57,078 bases of DNA, from positions 1-57,078 of the forward strand of contig CAYSVN010000001.1 of NCBI GenBank assembly GCA_964434585.1, in the 5' to 3' direction. Source of the stretch: an uncultured Candidatus Peribacteria bacterium (GTDB lineage: Bacteria; Patescibacteriota; Gracilibacteria; Peribacterales; Peribacteraceae). Below, piece by piece: positions 1 to 9,783 of this stretch. Position numbers and translations under genes: made by a program. Below the pieces are notes generated by a model that was not told the origin of the DNA, searched no databases, and was given only the letters and a program-made list of their open reading frames with translations. The first letter of the stretch is position 1, and every line of letters begins with the position of its first letter.

Positions 1-160
1 TTTGTAACCAACCCTTCGGCAAGCTCAGGGGTACACAAAAAAGTTTCGCACATGACAATTTTTTGCAGGTGGTTTATTCCAAGTCGTTCGCTATCCTTCT
101 TCGGCGGATTGCCACTCTCTCCTTTGGAAGCCACACAACTCAAAATTCACAGTGCGAGAA
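1..160 (+). repeat. Copy A (5' end cut by window edge) of a ~155-170 nt structured dispersed element; candidate small ncRNA or MITE
   Basis: Aligns with 16159-16311(-), 34342-34495(+) and 36357-36524(-). Shared blocks TTTGTAACC, AAAAAAGTTTCGC, CTTCGGCGGA, GGAAGCCACA and AGTGCGAGA, with paired stems. Confidence 0.7.
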
Positions 161-344
161 TTATGTACCGCATACGAAACAGCATGTTTGAACGAGTATT
201 ATGAGCCTATGATTGATTTCTACTAGGTGGCTGTTAGACAGGTAAAACCTGCAAATAAAACCCTACATCAATCTAAGGAAATCATGAATAGATGCTCATA
301 AACGAAGTGAGCTCTGTTTCGTGATTTTTTTGGTTCGTTTTTGT

Positions 345-366
345 ACCCGCCTACCGGCAGGCAGGT
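345..366. repeat. GC-rich palindrome ACCCGCCTACCGGCAGGCAGGT, an imperfect copy of the one at 33641-33662
   Basis: Direct comparison with the perfect 22-nt palindrome ACCTGCCTGCCGGCAGGCAGGT. Confidence 0.6.
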
Positions 367-390
367 CGACAAAAATGAACATTAATACCT

Positions 391-1020
391 TTAAGCAATT
401 GGCACTAGCTGATCACGATATTTCATAATCATAAATTTTACATCCTCAGTAAATTTATGAGGATTTTCTTGTATATCTTTTTCTAATTCTTCTACAGAAA
501 AAACTTCGATGCCACAGCTCTCGCCATCGGCAAAGCGAATAGCTCCATCAAAGTACCCAATGTACATGGTGTTCATAAATGTTTGTTTCATCATAATTCC
601 ATCAAATTCATTATCTACCTCATAATTATCAATATATTCTAACTGATGGCAAATACCAACAACACTTAAGTCAGTATTAGTAATTGCATTTTGAAATTCT
701 TTGCTGGGCAGTACAGACATAGGGAATCCAAGCTCTTCTGCACATTCCCTAATTAGTGTTAAATCAAAACTATCACCAGCAGATACATGGCCACCCACTG
801 TTTTATCATAGTAGCCAGGATTATGCATTTTAGCTTTACTACGCTTCTGTAGGTAAATACGGCCATGCGAATTCATAAGCAGTAAGCGAATACTTTTTAC
901 CTTTTTATCCATCACGCCAGTTTTAAAACCATGTGCTTTTGCTGCATCATAAAATATCTGACGCGGTTGCGTCTCTAAGAGGTTTGATGCCATATCGTAG
1001 ACTTCTAGCTGTTCTTCCAT
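391..1020 (-). CDS. NUDIX hydrolase family protein
   Basis: Nudix box GGHVSAGDSFDLTLIRECAEELGF (GX5EX7REUXEEXGU pattern). Confidence 0.8.
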   Translation of the reverse strand: MEEQLEVYDMASNLLETQPRQIFYDAAKAHGFKTGVMDKKVKSIRLLLMNSHGRIYLQKRSKAKMHNPGYYDKTVGGHVSAGDSFDLTLIRECAEELGFPMSVLPSKEFQNAITNTDLSVVGICHQLEYIDNYEVDNEFDGIMMKQTFMNTMYIGYFDGAIRFADGESCGIEVFSVEELEKDIQENPHKFTEDVKFMIMKYRDQLVPIA

Positions 1021-1065
1021 AAACTCATCCTAGCATTTTTTTAGTAAACAGCCTACAGTGGTTAA

Positions 1066-1641
1066 TCATAATGAAGCTTGATTCGCTGACCATTGATCTT
1101 TTGTAATTTCAAAACGATATGTTGGAATTTTCTGATTATTTTTTACGAAAAATGTTTCTTCCGCAGTTTGTACTTTTTGCATTCCAACTGACTGCATCAC
1201 TTTTTGACTTGCGATATTCCAGACAGCAACACCGGCATTAATTAATGGCATGTTAAGTTGTGTAAAACCAAATGCAACAGCAGATTGAATAGCTTCTTTC
1301 ATAAAACCTTTACCTCCATAGTCAGGATGTATCCAGTAGCCAAGATGTTCTTTTCCATTGGGGCCAATATCTATCCTGCCAATTGGTAAATGAGTGTTTT
1401 TATGATAGATAAAAAAATGAGCGCATTCATTATTAAGCCATTGATCTCGACCTTCCTCTAAGTTTTTATAAAGAGATTCTTTAGTCTCTGGCGGAGACCA
1501 ACTCATGCCATTATTAAAGCCAGGTTTGCGACTAGCAGACCATGTTAACTTTATTATTTCGTCAATTTCTTTTTGAGTTTGGGGAAATTTAAGAAATAAT
1601 CGCTCAGTTTTTAGTATGGTAGTAATAGGTGGAAAGTTCAT
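1066..1641 (-). CDS. GNAT family N-acetyltransferase (RimJ/RimL-like)
   Basis: GYWIHPDYGGKGFMKEAIQSAVAFGF acetyl-CoA binding-type motif; size typical of RimJ/L-like GNATs. Confidence 0.7.
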   Translation of the reverse strand: MNFPPITTILKTERLFLKFPQTQKEIDEIIKLTWSASRKPGFNNGMSWSPPETKESLYKNLEEGRDQWLNNECAHFFIYHKNTHLPIGRIDIGPNGKEHLGYWIHPDYGGKGFMKEAIQSAVAFGFTQLNMPLINAGVAVWNIASQKVMQSVGMQKVQTAEETFFVKNNQKIPTYRFEITKDQWSANQASL

Positions 1642-1724
1642 ATGTATAGTTAAACGGAGTAGTACTTAGATTGTTACATTACGGCTAATTTGTTATTCTA
1701 GTAACCTATTTACCTTATTTAATT

Positions 1725-3617
1725 ATGACCACTTCTGACATTCGCCAAAGCTACTTAGACTTCTTTGCAAAAAAAGGATGTGCAGTTGTTCCAAGTGCAT
1801 CACTACTACCAGATAACGACCCAACAACCCTGTTTACAGGTTCTGGAATGCAGCCGATGGTTCCTTATTTACTTGGGGAAACACATCCGCAAGGTGAAGA
1901 AATTTGTGATAGCCAAAAATGTTTCCGTAGCCAGGATATAGAAGAGGTGGGCGATAACAGCCATACAACTTTTTTTGAAATGCTAGGAAACTGGAGCTTG
2001 GGGAGTTATTTTAAAGAAGAGCAAATTCCTTGGATGTTTGAGTGGCTTACGCAAGAAGTGGGGTTAGATCCAAGTCGAATTTTTGTAACCTGTTTTGAAG
2101 GTGACGATAAAGTAGGGCGAGACGAAACCAGTATCGATCTATGGAAAAAGCAATTTAGCACAGTTGGCATCGATGCCAAGGTGGTAGACCATGCGGAGCG
2201 CGTTGGTTTAGACGGTGGACGTATTTTTACATACGGTGTTAAAGAAAACTGGTGGAGTCGTAGTGGCGTACCAGCCAATATGCCTGTTGGTGAACCAGGC
2301 GGTCCCGATAGCGAAATGTTTTGGGATTTTGGTGCAGAGCTTGAGTTGCACGAACAATCAGCATTTGCAGACAGTCCATGCCATGTTGCTTGTGACTGTG
2401 GCCGTTTTATGGAAATTGGAAACAATGTATTTATGCAGTTTATAAAAACAGAGCAAGGGTTCGAAAATCTACCACAGCAAAACGTAGATTTTGGTGGTGG
2501 GCTCGAACGTATTGCTGCTGCAAAAATTGATAGTCTAGATGTGTACAATATTGATCTATTCGATAATTTAAAAACAGTGCTAGAGCAACGGTCAGGTAAA
2601 AAATATGGCGACAATGAATCAGAAACAAATGCATTCCGTGTAGTGTTAGATCATTTACGTGGAGCAGTAATGCTAACAGCAGACGGTGCACCACCAAGTA
2701 ATAAAGACCAAGGTTACTTTACCCGACGTCTTTTACGGCGTGCCATTCGTTTTGGTGGGCAACTTGGACTTGATACTAATTTTTGTAAAGCCGCTGCAGA
2801 AGCAGTAATTCAAACGTACACCGTGGCGTATCCAGAACTTGCTACAAAAAAAGATGACATCTTGCGAATTCTTGATACCGAAGAAACACAATTTAGAGCA
2901 ACGCTTAAAAAAGGTGAAAAAGAATTGAATGATTACTTGCAGCAGCATGGATCTATCGATGGCGCGAAGGTGTTTTACTTTTACGAAACCTTTGGTTTCC
3001 CAAAAGAGCTAACAGAGGAGTTGTTAGAAGAAAAAGGGATGAGTATTACAAACCCAGAAGGATTCGATACCGCTAAAGCAACACACAGTGCAAGTTCTAA
3101 AACAGCATCTGCTGGTAAGTTTAAAGGTGGTTTGGCTGAACATACAGATGACACCACGCGGCTGCATACTGCAACCCATTTACTAAATGCAGCATTACGC
3201 CAAGTACTTGGTGACCACGTACAACAAAAAGGAAGTAACATTACTGCAGAACGTTTACGGTTCGACTTTAGTCATCCAGAGAAAATGACACCCGAGCAAA
3301 AAGAAGAAGTAACACGTTTAGTTAACGAGCAAATTGCAGCCGATGTGCCAGTTGGTTACTACAACACTACACCAGACCAAGCTAAGGCAGACGGTGCCAT
3401 TGGCGTATTTGATGACCGCTACGAAGGTGAGGTAAAAGTATACCAAATAGGGGACGGCAGCTTTAGTAAAGAAATCTGCGGCGGCCCGCACGTTGCTAAA
3501 ACTGGTATGATTGGTAAATTCAGAATTAAAAAAGAAGAGTCTTCATCTTCTGGCGTGCGTCGTATTAAAGCAGTTATTGAAGGCGGAGATGATGTGGAAG
3601 TAGCTGGGGAGCTATAA
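1725..3617 (+). CDS. alaS: Alanine--tRNA ligase, short form (630 aa) ending after the editing domain
   Basis: N-terminus IRQSYLDFFAKKGCAVVPSASLLP..DPTTLFTGSGMQP; editing-domain HTATHLLNAALRQVLG and CGGPHV; ends at GVRRIKAV. Confidence 0.95.
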   Translation: MTTSDIRQSYLDFFAKKGCAVVPSASLLPDNDPTTLFTGSGMQPMVPYLLGETHPQGEEICDSQKCFRSQDIEEVGDNSHTTFFEMLGNWSLGSYFKEEQIPWMFEWLTQEVGLDPSRIFVTCFEGDDKVGRDETSIDLWKKQFSTVGIDAKVVDHAERVGLDGGRIFTYGVKENWWSRSGVPANMPVGEPGGPDSEMFWDFGAELELHEQSAFADSPCHVACDCGRFMEIGNNVFMQFIKTEQGFENLPQQNVDFGGGLERIAAAKIDSLDVYNIDLFDNLKTVLEQRSGKKYGDNESETNAFRVVLDHLRGAVMLTADGAPPSNKDQGYFTRRLLRRAIRFGGQLGLDTNFCKAAAEAVIQTYTVAYPELATKKDDILRILDTEETQFRATLKKGEKELNDYLQQHGSIDGAKVFYFYETFGFPKELTEELLEEKGMSITNPEGFDTAKATHSASSKTASAGKFKGGLAEHTDDTTRLHTATHLLNAALRQVLGDHVQQKGSNITAERLRFDFSHPEKMTPEQKEEVTRLVNEQIAADVPVGYYNTTPDQAKADGAIGVFDDRYEGEVKVYQIGDGSFSKEICGGPHVAKTGMIGKFRIKKEESSSSGVRRIKAVIEGGDDVEVAGEL

Positions 3618-3662
3618 TTTTTTGTTTAAGAACAATCATAAGAGTGATATAATGGTTGTATT

Positions 3663-4349
3663 ATGAACATTAAACAATTAACTATTATTACATCTACCAT
3701 TCTATTAGTAGGATGCTCTTCCACTACAAAACCTACACGTAGTTTCCTGCCACCAGTAGAACAGGAGCCAAAGGAAGGAATCGTTACGAAAGATGAACTA
3801 ATGGATAACGTTGAACTTAGCATGACTGAAGATGAAGGGGATGAGGATTCGGATTTTGTTATTGAATTTGAAATAGAAGATGATCTTGGTAATAAAGATG
3901 AATTTAATATGGATCTTAGCGATGTGTTTAATAAAGATACTACCATAGATTGGACTTTGTTAACTGAAAATGCTGAACAGGAAGATTATATACTAACAGT
4001 GACTGATGTTGATGGAGGTAAAACATTTGTGCAGACAATCTCTTACGACTCAGAAAGTGGCAAAAAAAATATTGAAGGATTAGGCATACAGTACCAATCA
4101 TTATTAGATGTTCTTTCAGATCTTGAGATGTTTGATTATGGTCTTGAATTTGAAGGGCCAATCAATACTGAATGTGCAAAAAGCAGTTGTCAAAAATATA
4201 TTGCTAACACGGGTTCACAGGATTATGAGATCTTTTTTGATGACAAAGGCAGGCTAGTTGCTTATAATTTTGAGTTAGAAATAGGAAACTCTAGTAGTTT
4301 AAACTCAAGATTAGAGGTATTGGTTAGCTACACCTCGGTTAATTTATAG
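3663..4349 (+). CDS. Hypothetical lipoprotein, acidic
   Basis: Signal peptide with lipobox ILLVGCSS; no recognisable domain. Confidence 0.55.
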   Translation: MNIKQLTIITSTILLVGCSSTTKPTRSFLPPVEQEPKEGIVTKDELMDNVELSMTEDEGDEDSDFVIEFEIEDDLGNKDEFNMDLSDVFNKDTTIDWTLLTENAEQEDYILTVTDVDGGKTFVQTISYDSESGKKNIEGLGIQYQSLLDVLSDLEMFDYGLEFEGPINTECAKSSCQKYIANTGSQDYEIFFDDKGRLVAYNFELEIGNSSSLNSRLEVLVSYTSVNL

Positions 4350-4355
4350 AGCTTT

Positions 4356-4802
4356 CTACTTAAACAATTTCCCTAGCTCCTCTTTAAACTCATCAACATC
4401 TTTAAATTCCCGGTGAATAGATGCATAACGAATGTAGGCTACTTGGTCAATTTTCTTAAGCTCTTTCATAACATCATTACCAATAGTGGTGCTAGAAATT
4501 TCTTTTTTATTACCACCCCATTTTTTTTCTAATTTATTAAGCATGCTTTCAATTTGTTTTTGAGAAATAGGCCTTTTAGCAGAACTAAGCCAAATACCTT
4601 TCTCGAGCTTCGTACGACTATAAGGCTCACGAACACCGTCACGTTTTACAACAATAAGGTACGAAACCTCTTGGCGTTCGAATGTCGTAAAGCGATGATG
4701 GCATTTTGAACACTCACGACGACGCCTGATTGCTAAATTACTTTCAGCATCACGGCTATCGACAACCGATGTATCATCATGTTTACAGCGAGGACATTGC
4801 AT
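4356..4802 (-). CDS. nrdR: Transcriptional repressor NrdR
   Basis: MQCPRCKHDDTSVVDSRD...RRRRECSKCHHRFTTFE zinc ribbon followed by an ATP-cone. Confidence 0.95.
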   Translation of the reverse strand: MQCPRCKHDDTSVVDSRDAESNLAIRRRRECSKCHHRFTTFERQEVSYLIVVKRDGVREPYSRTKLEKGIWLSSAKRPISQKQIESMLNKLEKKWGGNKKEISSTTIGNDVMKELKKIDQVAYIRYASIHREFKDVDEFKEELGKLFK

Positions 4803-4859
4803 GGGGGTAGTTTAGAGGATTTTTATGAAAATAGGAATATTGGATTAATGTATTTAATA

Positions 4860-4956
4860 TTGCAGGGGTTTAAAATGTGTCAGAAGTGTAAGAAGGGCTA
4901 AAGTTTAAAAGTTTATTAAACCGAGAAACCTTTTACACCTCTGCAACTTCTGCAAC
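4860..4956. repeat. R1: palindromic GTTGCAGAGGT-word element
   Basis: Left arm TTGCAGGGGT..GTCAGAAGT..GTAAGAAGG; right arm CCTTTTACACCTCTGCAACTTCTGCAAC. Lies in the nrdR/aspS divergent spacer. Confidence 0.7.
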
Positions 4957-5013
4957 TTTTTATTCCTTATTTTTCTAGCACTAGGCCCAATTTTCCTCTA
5001 AAATCCATCTACT

Positions 5014-6777
5014 ATGCTACGAACCAATACTTGCGGAGAACTCCGCGCAGAAAACTCAGGCTCAACTGTAACCTTAAGTGGTTGGGTGCACCGTCGCCGC
5101 GACCACGGTGGGCTTATTTTTATAGACCTGCGTGACCGCTACGGTTTTACGCAGGTGGTTATTGAGCCAGAAAATAAAGAAGTCTTTGCTTTAGCAGAGC
5201 GCATTCGTAGTGAATGGGTGCTACAGATAGAAGGTGAAGTTCGTGGGCGTTTAGAAGGCGCAGAGCGCGATGATAACCCAACTGGAGCTATTGAGGTGGT
5301 GGTAAAAACTATTAACGTATTAAACGAAGCTAAAACTCCTCCGTTTGAAATTGACCAAGAGAAAGGGGTAAACGAAGAGCTGCGCCTTAAGCACCGTTAC
5401 TTAGACTTACGTCGTGAGCGCATGCAAAAGAACCTTAAAGTTCGCTACGATGTTATTAGAAACATTCGTGATTTTTTCCATAAGCAAGAATTTATGGAAA
5501 TTGAAACACCAATTATGATTAAAGGAACACCAGAAGGTTCACGTGAATATCTTGTACCTTCGCGTATGTATCCTGGAACATTTTACGTGTTGCCACAAAG
5601 CCCTCAGCAGTTAAAACAAATGTTAATGGTAGGTGGCTTAGACCGATACTTCCAGATTGCTCGCTGTTTCCGTGATGAAGACTTACGTGGCGACCGTCAG
5701 CCAGAATTTACGCAGCTTGATATGGAAATGTCTTTTGTAGATCAAGAAGATGTGTTAACACTGGTGGAAAATTGTCTAACAGAAGTAGTGGAAACACAAC
5801 GTCCTGATAAAAAAATTCAACAAAAACCATTTCCTCGTATGTCATATGAGCATGCGATGCATACCTACGGTTCTGATAAGCCTGACCTTCGTTTTGGTCT
5901 TGAATTTACAGATGTAACAGAAATTTGTAAAACATGTGGATTTACCGTATTTGAATCGCTTGCAACCATGGAAGATGGCTTTGTAAAAGCTATGAAAGTA
6001 CCAAATGCAGATAAATTTAGCCGTAAAGATATTGACGACCTAACAAAGCTTGCTCAAAACCATGGCGCTAAAGGTCTTGCTTGGGTGCGCGTTGGTGAAG
6101 ATAGTGGTCCAGTTGTTAAAAATACTTCTACAGAATTTCAGGCAGCATTGCTAACAGAAACAGATGCAGCTGCTGGAGATCTTATTTTCTTTGCAGCAGG
6201 TGAATACCCATTCGCTTTTGAACCACTTGGTGAAGTGCGTAAGGCAGTTGCAGAAAAATTAGATATGATCGATACGTCTGTGTGGAGCTTGCTTTGGGTT
6301 ACAGACTTCCCAATGTTTGAAAAAGATCCTGAAACAGGAGTAGTAGCTTCGGTGCATCATCCATTTACGCGTCCAAATCCAGAAGATATGGATAAGCTTT
6401 CTACGGCTCCCACAAAAGCACGCTCTATTGCCTACGACCCAGTGATGGATGGATACGAACTCGGCAGTGGTTCAATCCGTATTCATGAACCAGATCTTCA
6501 AACAAAGATTTTTGAAGTAATGAATATTGGTAAAGAAGAACAAGAAATGAAATTTGGCCACATGTTAAAAGCCTTTGAATATGGAGCTCCGCCGCATGGT
6601 GGAATTGCACTAGGTATTGATAGAATAGTAATGCTCCTTTGTGACGAGCCAAATATTCGTGAAGTTATTGCATTCCCTAAAGACCAAAAAGCGAAAGACG
6701 TTATGCTTGGTGCTCCAGCACCAATGCCAGATAAGCAGGTAGAGGAACTTGGTATTAAGGTTATTCGTGAAGACTAG
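5014..6777 (+). CDS. aspS: Aspartate--tRNA ligase, bacterial type
   Basis: [42 protein letters not shown] and [12 protein letters not shown] class II motifs. Confidence 0.95.
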   Translation: MLRTNTCGELRAENSGSTVTLSGWVHRRRDHGGLIFIDLRDRYGFTQVVIEPENKEVFALAERIRSEWVLQIEGEVRGRLEGAERDDNPTGAIEVVVKTINVLNEAKTPPFEIDQEKGVNEELRLKHRYLDLRRERMQKNLKVRYDVIRNIRDFFHKQEFMEIETPIMIKGTPEGSREYLVPSRMYPGTFYVLPQSPQQLKQMLMVGGLDRYFQIARCFRDEDLRGDRQPEFTQLDMEMSFVDQEDVLTLVENCLTEVVETQRPDKKIQQKPFPRMSYEHAMHTYGSDKPDLRFGLEFTDVTEICKTCGFTVFESLATMEDGFVKAMKVPNADKFSRKDIDDLTKLAQNHGAKGLAWVRVGEDSGPVVKNTSTEFQAALLTETDAAAGDLIFFAAGEYPFAFEPLGEVRKAVAEKLDMIDTSVWSLLWVTDFPMFEKDPETGVVASVHHPFTRPNPEDMDKLSTAPTKARSIAYDPVMDGYELGSGSIRIHEPDLQTKIFEVMNIGKEEQEMKFGHMLKAFEYGAPPHGGIALGIDRIVMLLCDEPNIREVIAFPKDQKAKDVMLGAPAPMPDKQVEELGIKVIRED

Positions 6778-6825
6778 CGGTATAACTAGTCATGGCTCGT
6801 CTTCGCTCACCATGACAACACAGTG

Positions 6826-7206
6826 TCACCCTGAGCGAAGACGAAGGGTTGCACTGTGTTGAATAAACATGTGTAGCCTTTTACGAAGGTGATGAGAATC
6901 ATTTTGACATTGTGATAAAATATTAAGCTTATCACTATCATTTTTTATAAGAGCTTTCTTCTTTCTTCGACTCCATTTTTTAATACGTTTTTCCCAATCG
7001 ATAGCATCAAGTACGTATTGAAACGCAGCGGTATACACTAATTGTATTGGTCGTTTCTTAAATGTATAACAAGTAGTATAAAAGCCAAATTGATGTTGCC
7101 ATAATCGCTTTGGTAAATCACTTGTTATGCCAATATAAAAAGAATCATCAACACACTTTAACATATAGACAGTATATTCTTTTTGCATAGGTGAACGATT
7201 ATACAC
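6826..7206 (-). CDS. GIY-YIG nuclease domain protein (small, stand-alone)
   Basis: YTVYMLKCVDDSFYIGITSDLPKRLWQH. The C-terminal tail is encoded by the CCCTGAGC..CGAAGGG mini-palindrome at 6827-6850. Confidence 0.8.
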   Translation of the reverse strand: MYNRSPMQKEYTVYMLKCVDDSFYIGITSDLPKRLWQHQFGFYTTCYTFKKRPIQLVYTAAFQYVLDAIDWEKRIKKWSRRKKKALIKNDSDKLNILSQCQNDSHHLRKRLHMFIQHSATLRLRSG

Positions 7207-7231
7207 CTATGATATGTTTAAATCAAGAAAT

Positions 7232-7981
7232 CTAGTCTAACAATTCAGCAGTCTTTCCGGTTTCTGGAATAATACTTTCAGTAATAATACCATTTTGCTC
7301 AGTAACCTTATAGCAATGGGCAGTGTTTTTACTCGTAATAACGTTATAGATGTCATCTTGCCAAACAATAGCTGCACATTCATCAACGCCAATGCCAACA
7401 CCTTTGTGTAGTTTTATAAATTCATAAAAACTTTCTCTACGAGGCTTGCCGTCAGTAGCGCTATCGTAATGAGGGCAATGAATAGCGGGAATAAAATTAA
7501 GTCCTGTTACGCGTATGTAATCCCAGTTATCTGCGGCGTCAAAGCTTGCGCTATCACTATGGCCAGATTCGTACCAACAAATAGAGCCAGCAGAAAGTCC
7601 ACACAAAACTTTGCCACTGTTACGAGCCTTTGTAAGTAAGGAATCAACACCACGCTCTTTCCAAAGCTGCATCATCATTTTTGTATTACCTCCACCAACA
7701 TAAATAATATCGGCCTGCTTAATTTTTTGCTGTATTCCTTCGTCAGTAATTACATTATCTAGCAATGGTAAAATGTCAACAGTACACCCTAGTAAGTCAC
7801 CATAGTATCCTTTAAACACATTAATATATCCTTCACTGTCGCTACTAGCAGTTGGAACAAACAGTACATTAGGGTTCGTTTTTTTAGAAAGCTTTATAAT
7901 AGCTTCATCAATAGACTGCGTTTCAATGGCTGTGCCTGGACGACCCATTTCTCCGCCACCAATAGTTACAATAGTACTCAT
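7232..7981 (-). CDS. Peptidase S51 (dipeptidase E / cyanophycinase-like)
   Basis: IYVGGGNTKMMMQLW and VLCGLSAGSICW, the nucleophile-Ser context typical of S51. Confidence 0.75.
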   Translation of the reverse strand: MSTIVTIGGGEMGRPGTAIETQSIDEAIIKLSKKTNPNVLFVPTASSDSEGYINVFKGYYGDLLGCTVDILPLLDNVITDEGIQQKIKQADIIYVGGGNTKMMMQLWKERGVDSLLTKARNSGKVLCGLSAGSICWYESGHSDSASFDAADNWDYIRVTGLNFIPAIHCPHYDSATDGKPRRESFYEFIKLHKGVGIGVDECAAIVWQDDIYNVITSKNTAHCYKVTEQNGIITESIIPETGKTAELLD

Positions 7982-7996
7982 AAAAACATTGTACCA

Positions 7997-8428
7997 TTAA
8001 TTCCAAGTATCAAAATCTTTAATCATTTGGGTTCGTTTTTCGTTACCGTCATATAAATTGTTAAACCAAGATTCTAAAATTTCTACTGGATCTTCTGTTA
8101 TCCAAGAGCTTAAACATAATACATTTGCATTATCATACACCTTTGCGAATTCAGCTTGTTTTGGTAACGTGCAAAGCGTTGCACGAATTCCCTTAAAACG
8201 ATTAGCACCAATTTCTACACCAGCACCAGTTCCACAAACTAAAATGCCAGAATCGTTTTCATTTCTTTGAATCGGTATCGTTACAGCAGGAATAATTTCT
8301 TGCAAACTTATTTTTACGTTAGAGTCCATTGTTCCAACATTTTTAAATTCAATACTATTAAGCGTTAAATAGTTCTCAATTTTTGTTAGTAAATCGACAG
8401 TGTGATGATCTCCAGCAATATTAATCAT
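7997..8428 (-). CDS. rpiB: Ribose-5-phosphate isomerase B (RpiB/LacA/LacB family)
   Basis: ILVCGTGAGVEIGANRFKGIRATLC; ~143 aa. Confidence 0.85.
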   Translation of the reverse strand: MINIAGDHHTVDLLTKIENYLTLNSIEFKNVGTMDSNVKISLQEIIPAVTIPIQRNENDSGILVCGTGAGVEIGANRFKGIRATLCTLPKQAEFAKVYDNANVLCLSSWITEDPVEILESWFNNLYDGNEKRTQMIKDFDTWN

Positions 8429-8449
8429 AATCTAAATAAATAATAGAAT

Positions 8450-9166
8450 CTACCAACCTTTTACTTCCATGCCATTTACGGCAGCATCTAATTCTGCCTT
8501 TTGTTTAGAGGCACCAGAGCCTTCCGCAATGCGCTGCTCTTCAATAAATAATGCGCATACAAATGTTTTATTATGGTCGGGTCCAGACTCACTAACCATT
8601 TCGTAGTGTGGAGTAATGTTTAATAATTCTTGTGATTTTTCTTGAAAACGGGACTTCGCATCACGGTCTTTACCAGCAGCAAGTAATGTTTGCAGGTCTA
8701 CTAAAATAAATTTTGTAATAAAGCTTTGTGCAGCATCGTAACCACGGTCTAGGTGTATAGCACCAATTAGCGCCTCTAACGCATTGGCTAGGGTGCTTTC
8801 TTTACTTCGGCCACCACTAGCTTCTTCGCCTTTACTCATGAACAAATAGTCACCCAAATTAATAGTAGTTGCTACCTTGGCTAGGTTTTCGCCACGCACT
8901 AATGCTGCGCGCCAGTTTGTTAACTCTCCTTCATTTTTATCACGAAACGAAAACAAATACTCCGTTACAATTAGTTCTAACACAGCGTCTCCTAAAAATT
9001 CTAGGCGCTCATTGTGGCCATTAACATGTTGTTGTTTACTAGCACTACGGTGGGTAAGTGATTCTGCAAGCATGTCTTTGTTTCTAAAAACAATACCAAT
9101 GGTTTTTTCTAACTGGGTAAAGGCAGCTGGCATATTACTTGGGGCAAATTTCTTGGGTAATAGCAT
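8450..9166 (-). CDS. rnc: Ribonuclease III
   Basis: NERLEFLGDAVLELIVTEYLF signature plus a C-terminal dsRBD. Confidence 0.95.
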   Translation of the reverse strand: MLLPKKFAPSNMPAAFTQLEKTIGIVFRNKDMLAESLTHRSASKQQHVNGHNERLEFLGDAVLELIVTEYLFSFRDKNEGELTNWRAALVRGENLAKVATTINLGDYLFMSKGEEASGGRSKESTLANALEALIGAIHLDRGYDAAQSFITKFILVDLQTLLAAGKDRDAKSRFQEKSQELLNITPHYEMVSESGPDHNKTFVCALFIEEQRIAEGSGASKQKAELDAAVNGMEVKGW

Positions 9167-9551
9167 TCAGCACTCCATGCACAAATTTACGACCTTCATC
9201 CGTGCTAAATTCCTTACAAAGTTCTACTGCTTCATTAATAATAATAGCGGGGGCTAATCCAGTTTCTTTGCTCATGGTTAACTCTGTTGCACCAATAAGC
9301 ATAATGGTTAGTGATACTTGATCAATCTCTTTTAACTCCCATTGTGGAGTGTGTTTATCAATTAATGTTTCACATGTTTCGCGGTGTGTAAAACAGTTAT
9401 CAAGTAACTGTGTTGCAAATGGTTGATCTGCGCCTTCATTTAAGCTGAAGGTAAGTTGTAAGGCTGACTGGAGTGCGGGTAGTTTTTGTTCTTTACGAGC
9501 ATACAATGCTTGTAGAACCGCAATCCGGGCAGCATGACGGTGTCGTGCCAT
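9135..9551 (-). CDS. nusB: Transcription antitermination factor NusB
   Basis: ARIAVLQALYA N-terminus, ~138 aa, overlaps the rnc start (operon). Confidence 0.85.
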   Translation of the reverse strand: MARHRHAARIAVLQALYARKEQKLPALQSALQLTFSLNEGADQPFATQLLDNCFTHRETCETLIDKHTPQWELKEIDQVSLTIMLIGATELTMSKETGLAPAIIINEAVELCKEFSTDEGRKFVHGVLNAITQEICPK

Positions 9552-9623
9552 AAAAAGGTCGGGAGGGGATTGTTTATATATTATAACTGATTAGAAGATT
9601 TAATACTACACATACAGTTAAAT

Positions 9624-9729
9624 GTTGCAGGTGTTGCAAAGGCGTCAGAGGTTAAAGAAGGAGTAAGTTTACTTACATCTTAAATAGCAAAACCTCTGAT
9701 ACGCCTGCAACATCTGTAACCTCTGCAAC
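9624..9729. repeat. R2: palindromic GTTGCAGAGGT-word element
   Basis: GTTGCAGGTGTTGCAAAGGCGTCAGAGGTT ... AACCTCTGATACGCCTGCAACATCTGTAACCTCTGCAAC. Lies in the nusB/lepB divergent spacer. Confidence 0.75.
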
Positions 9730-9783
9730 ATTGAACAGTCTTTCTCATGTGACTTTTTCCTTACTTTCCAGTAAAATGCCTCT

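Noticed and set aside
2006-2614. Long antisense ORFs inside well-supported genes (2006-2614 in alaS, 17956-18399 in ligA, 51524-52204 and 52516-53109 in the paralog cluster, 33287-33553 in rplR, and others in the track).
   Set aside because: They lie opposite genes with clear conserved motifs and have low-complexity or Ser/Cys/Leu-rich translations typical of shadow ORFs.
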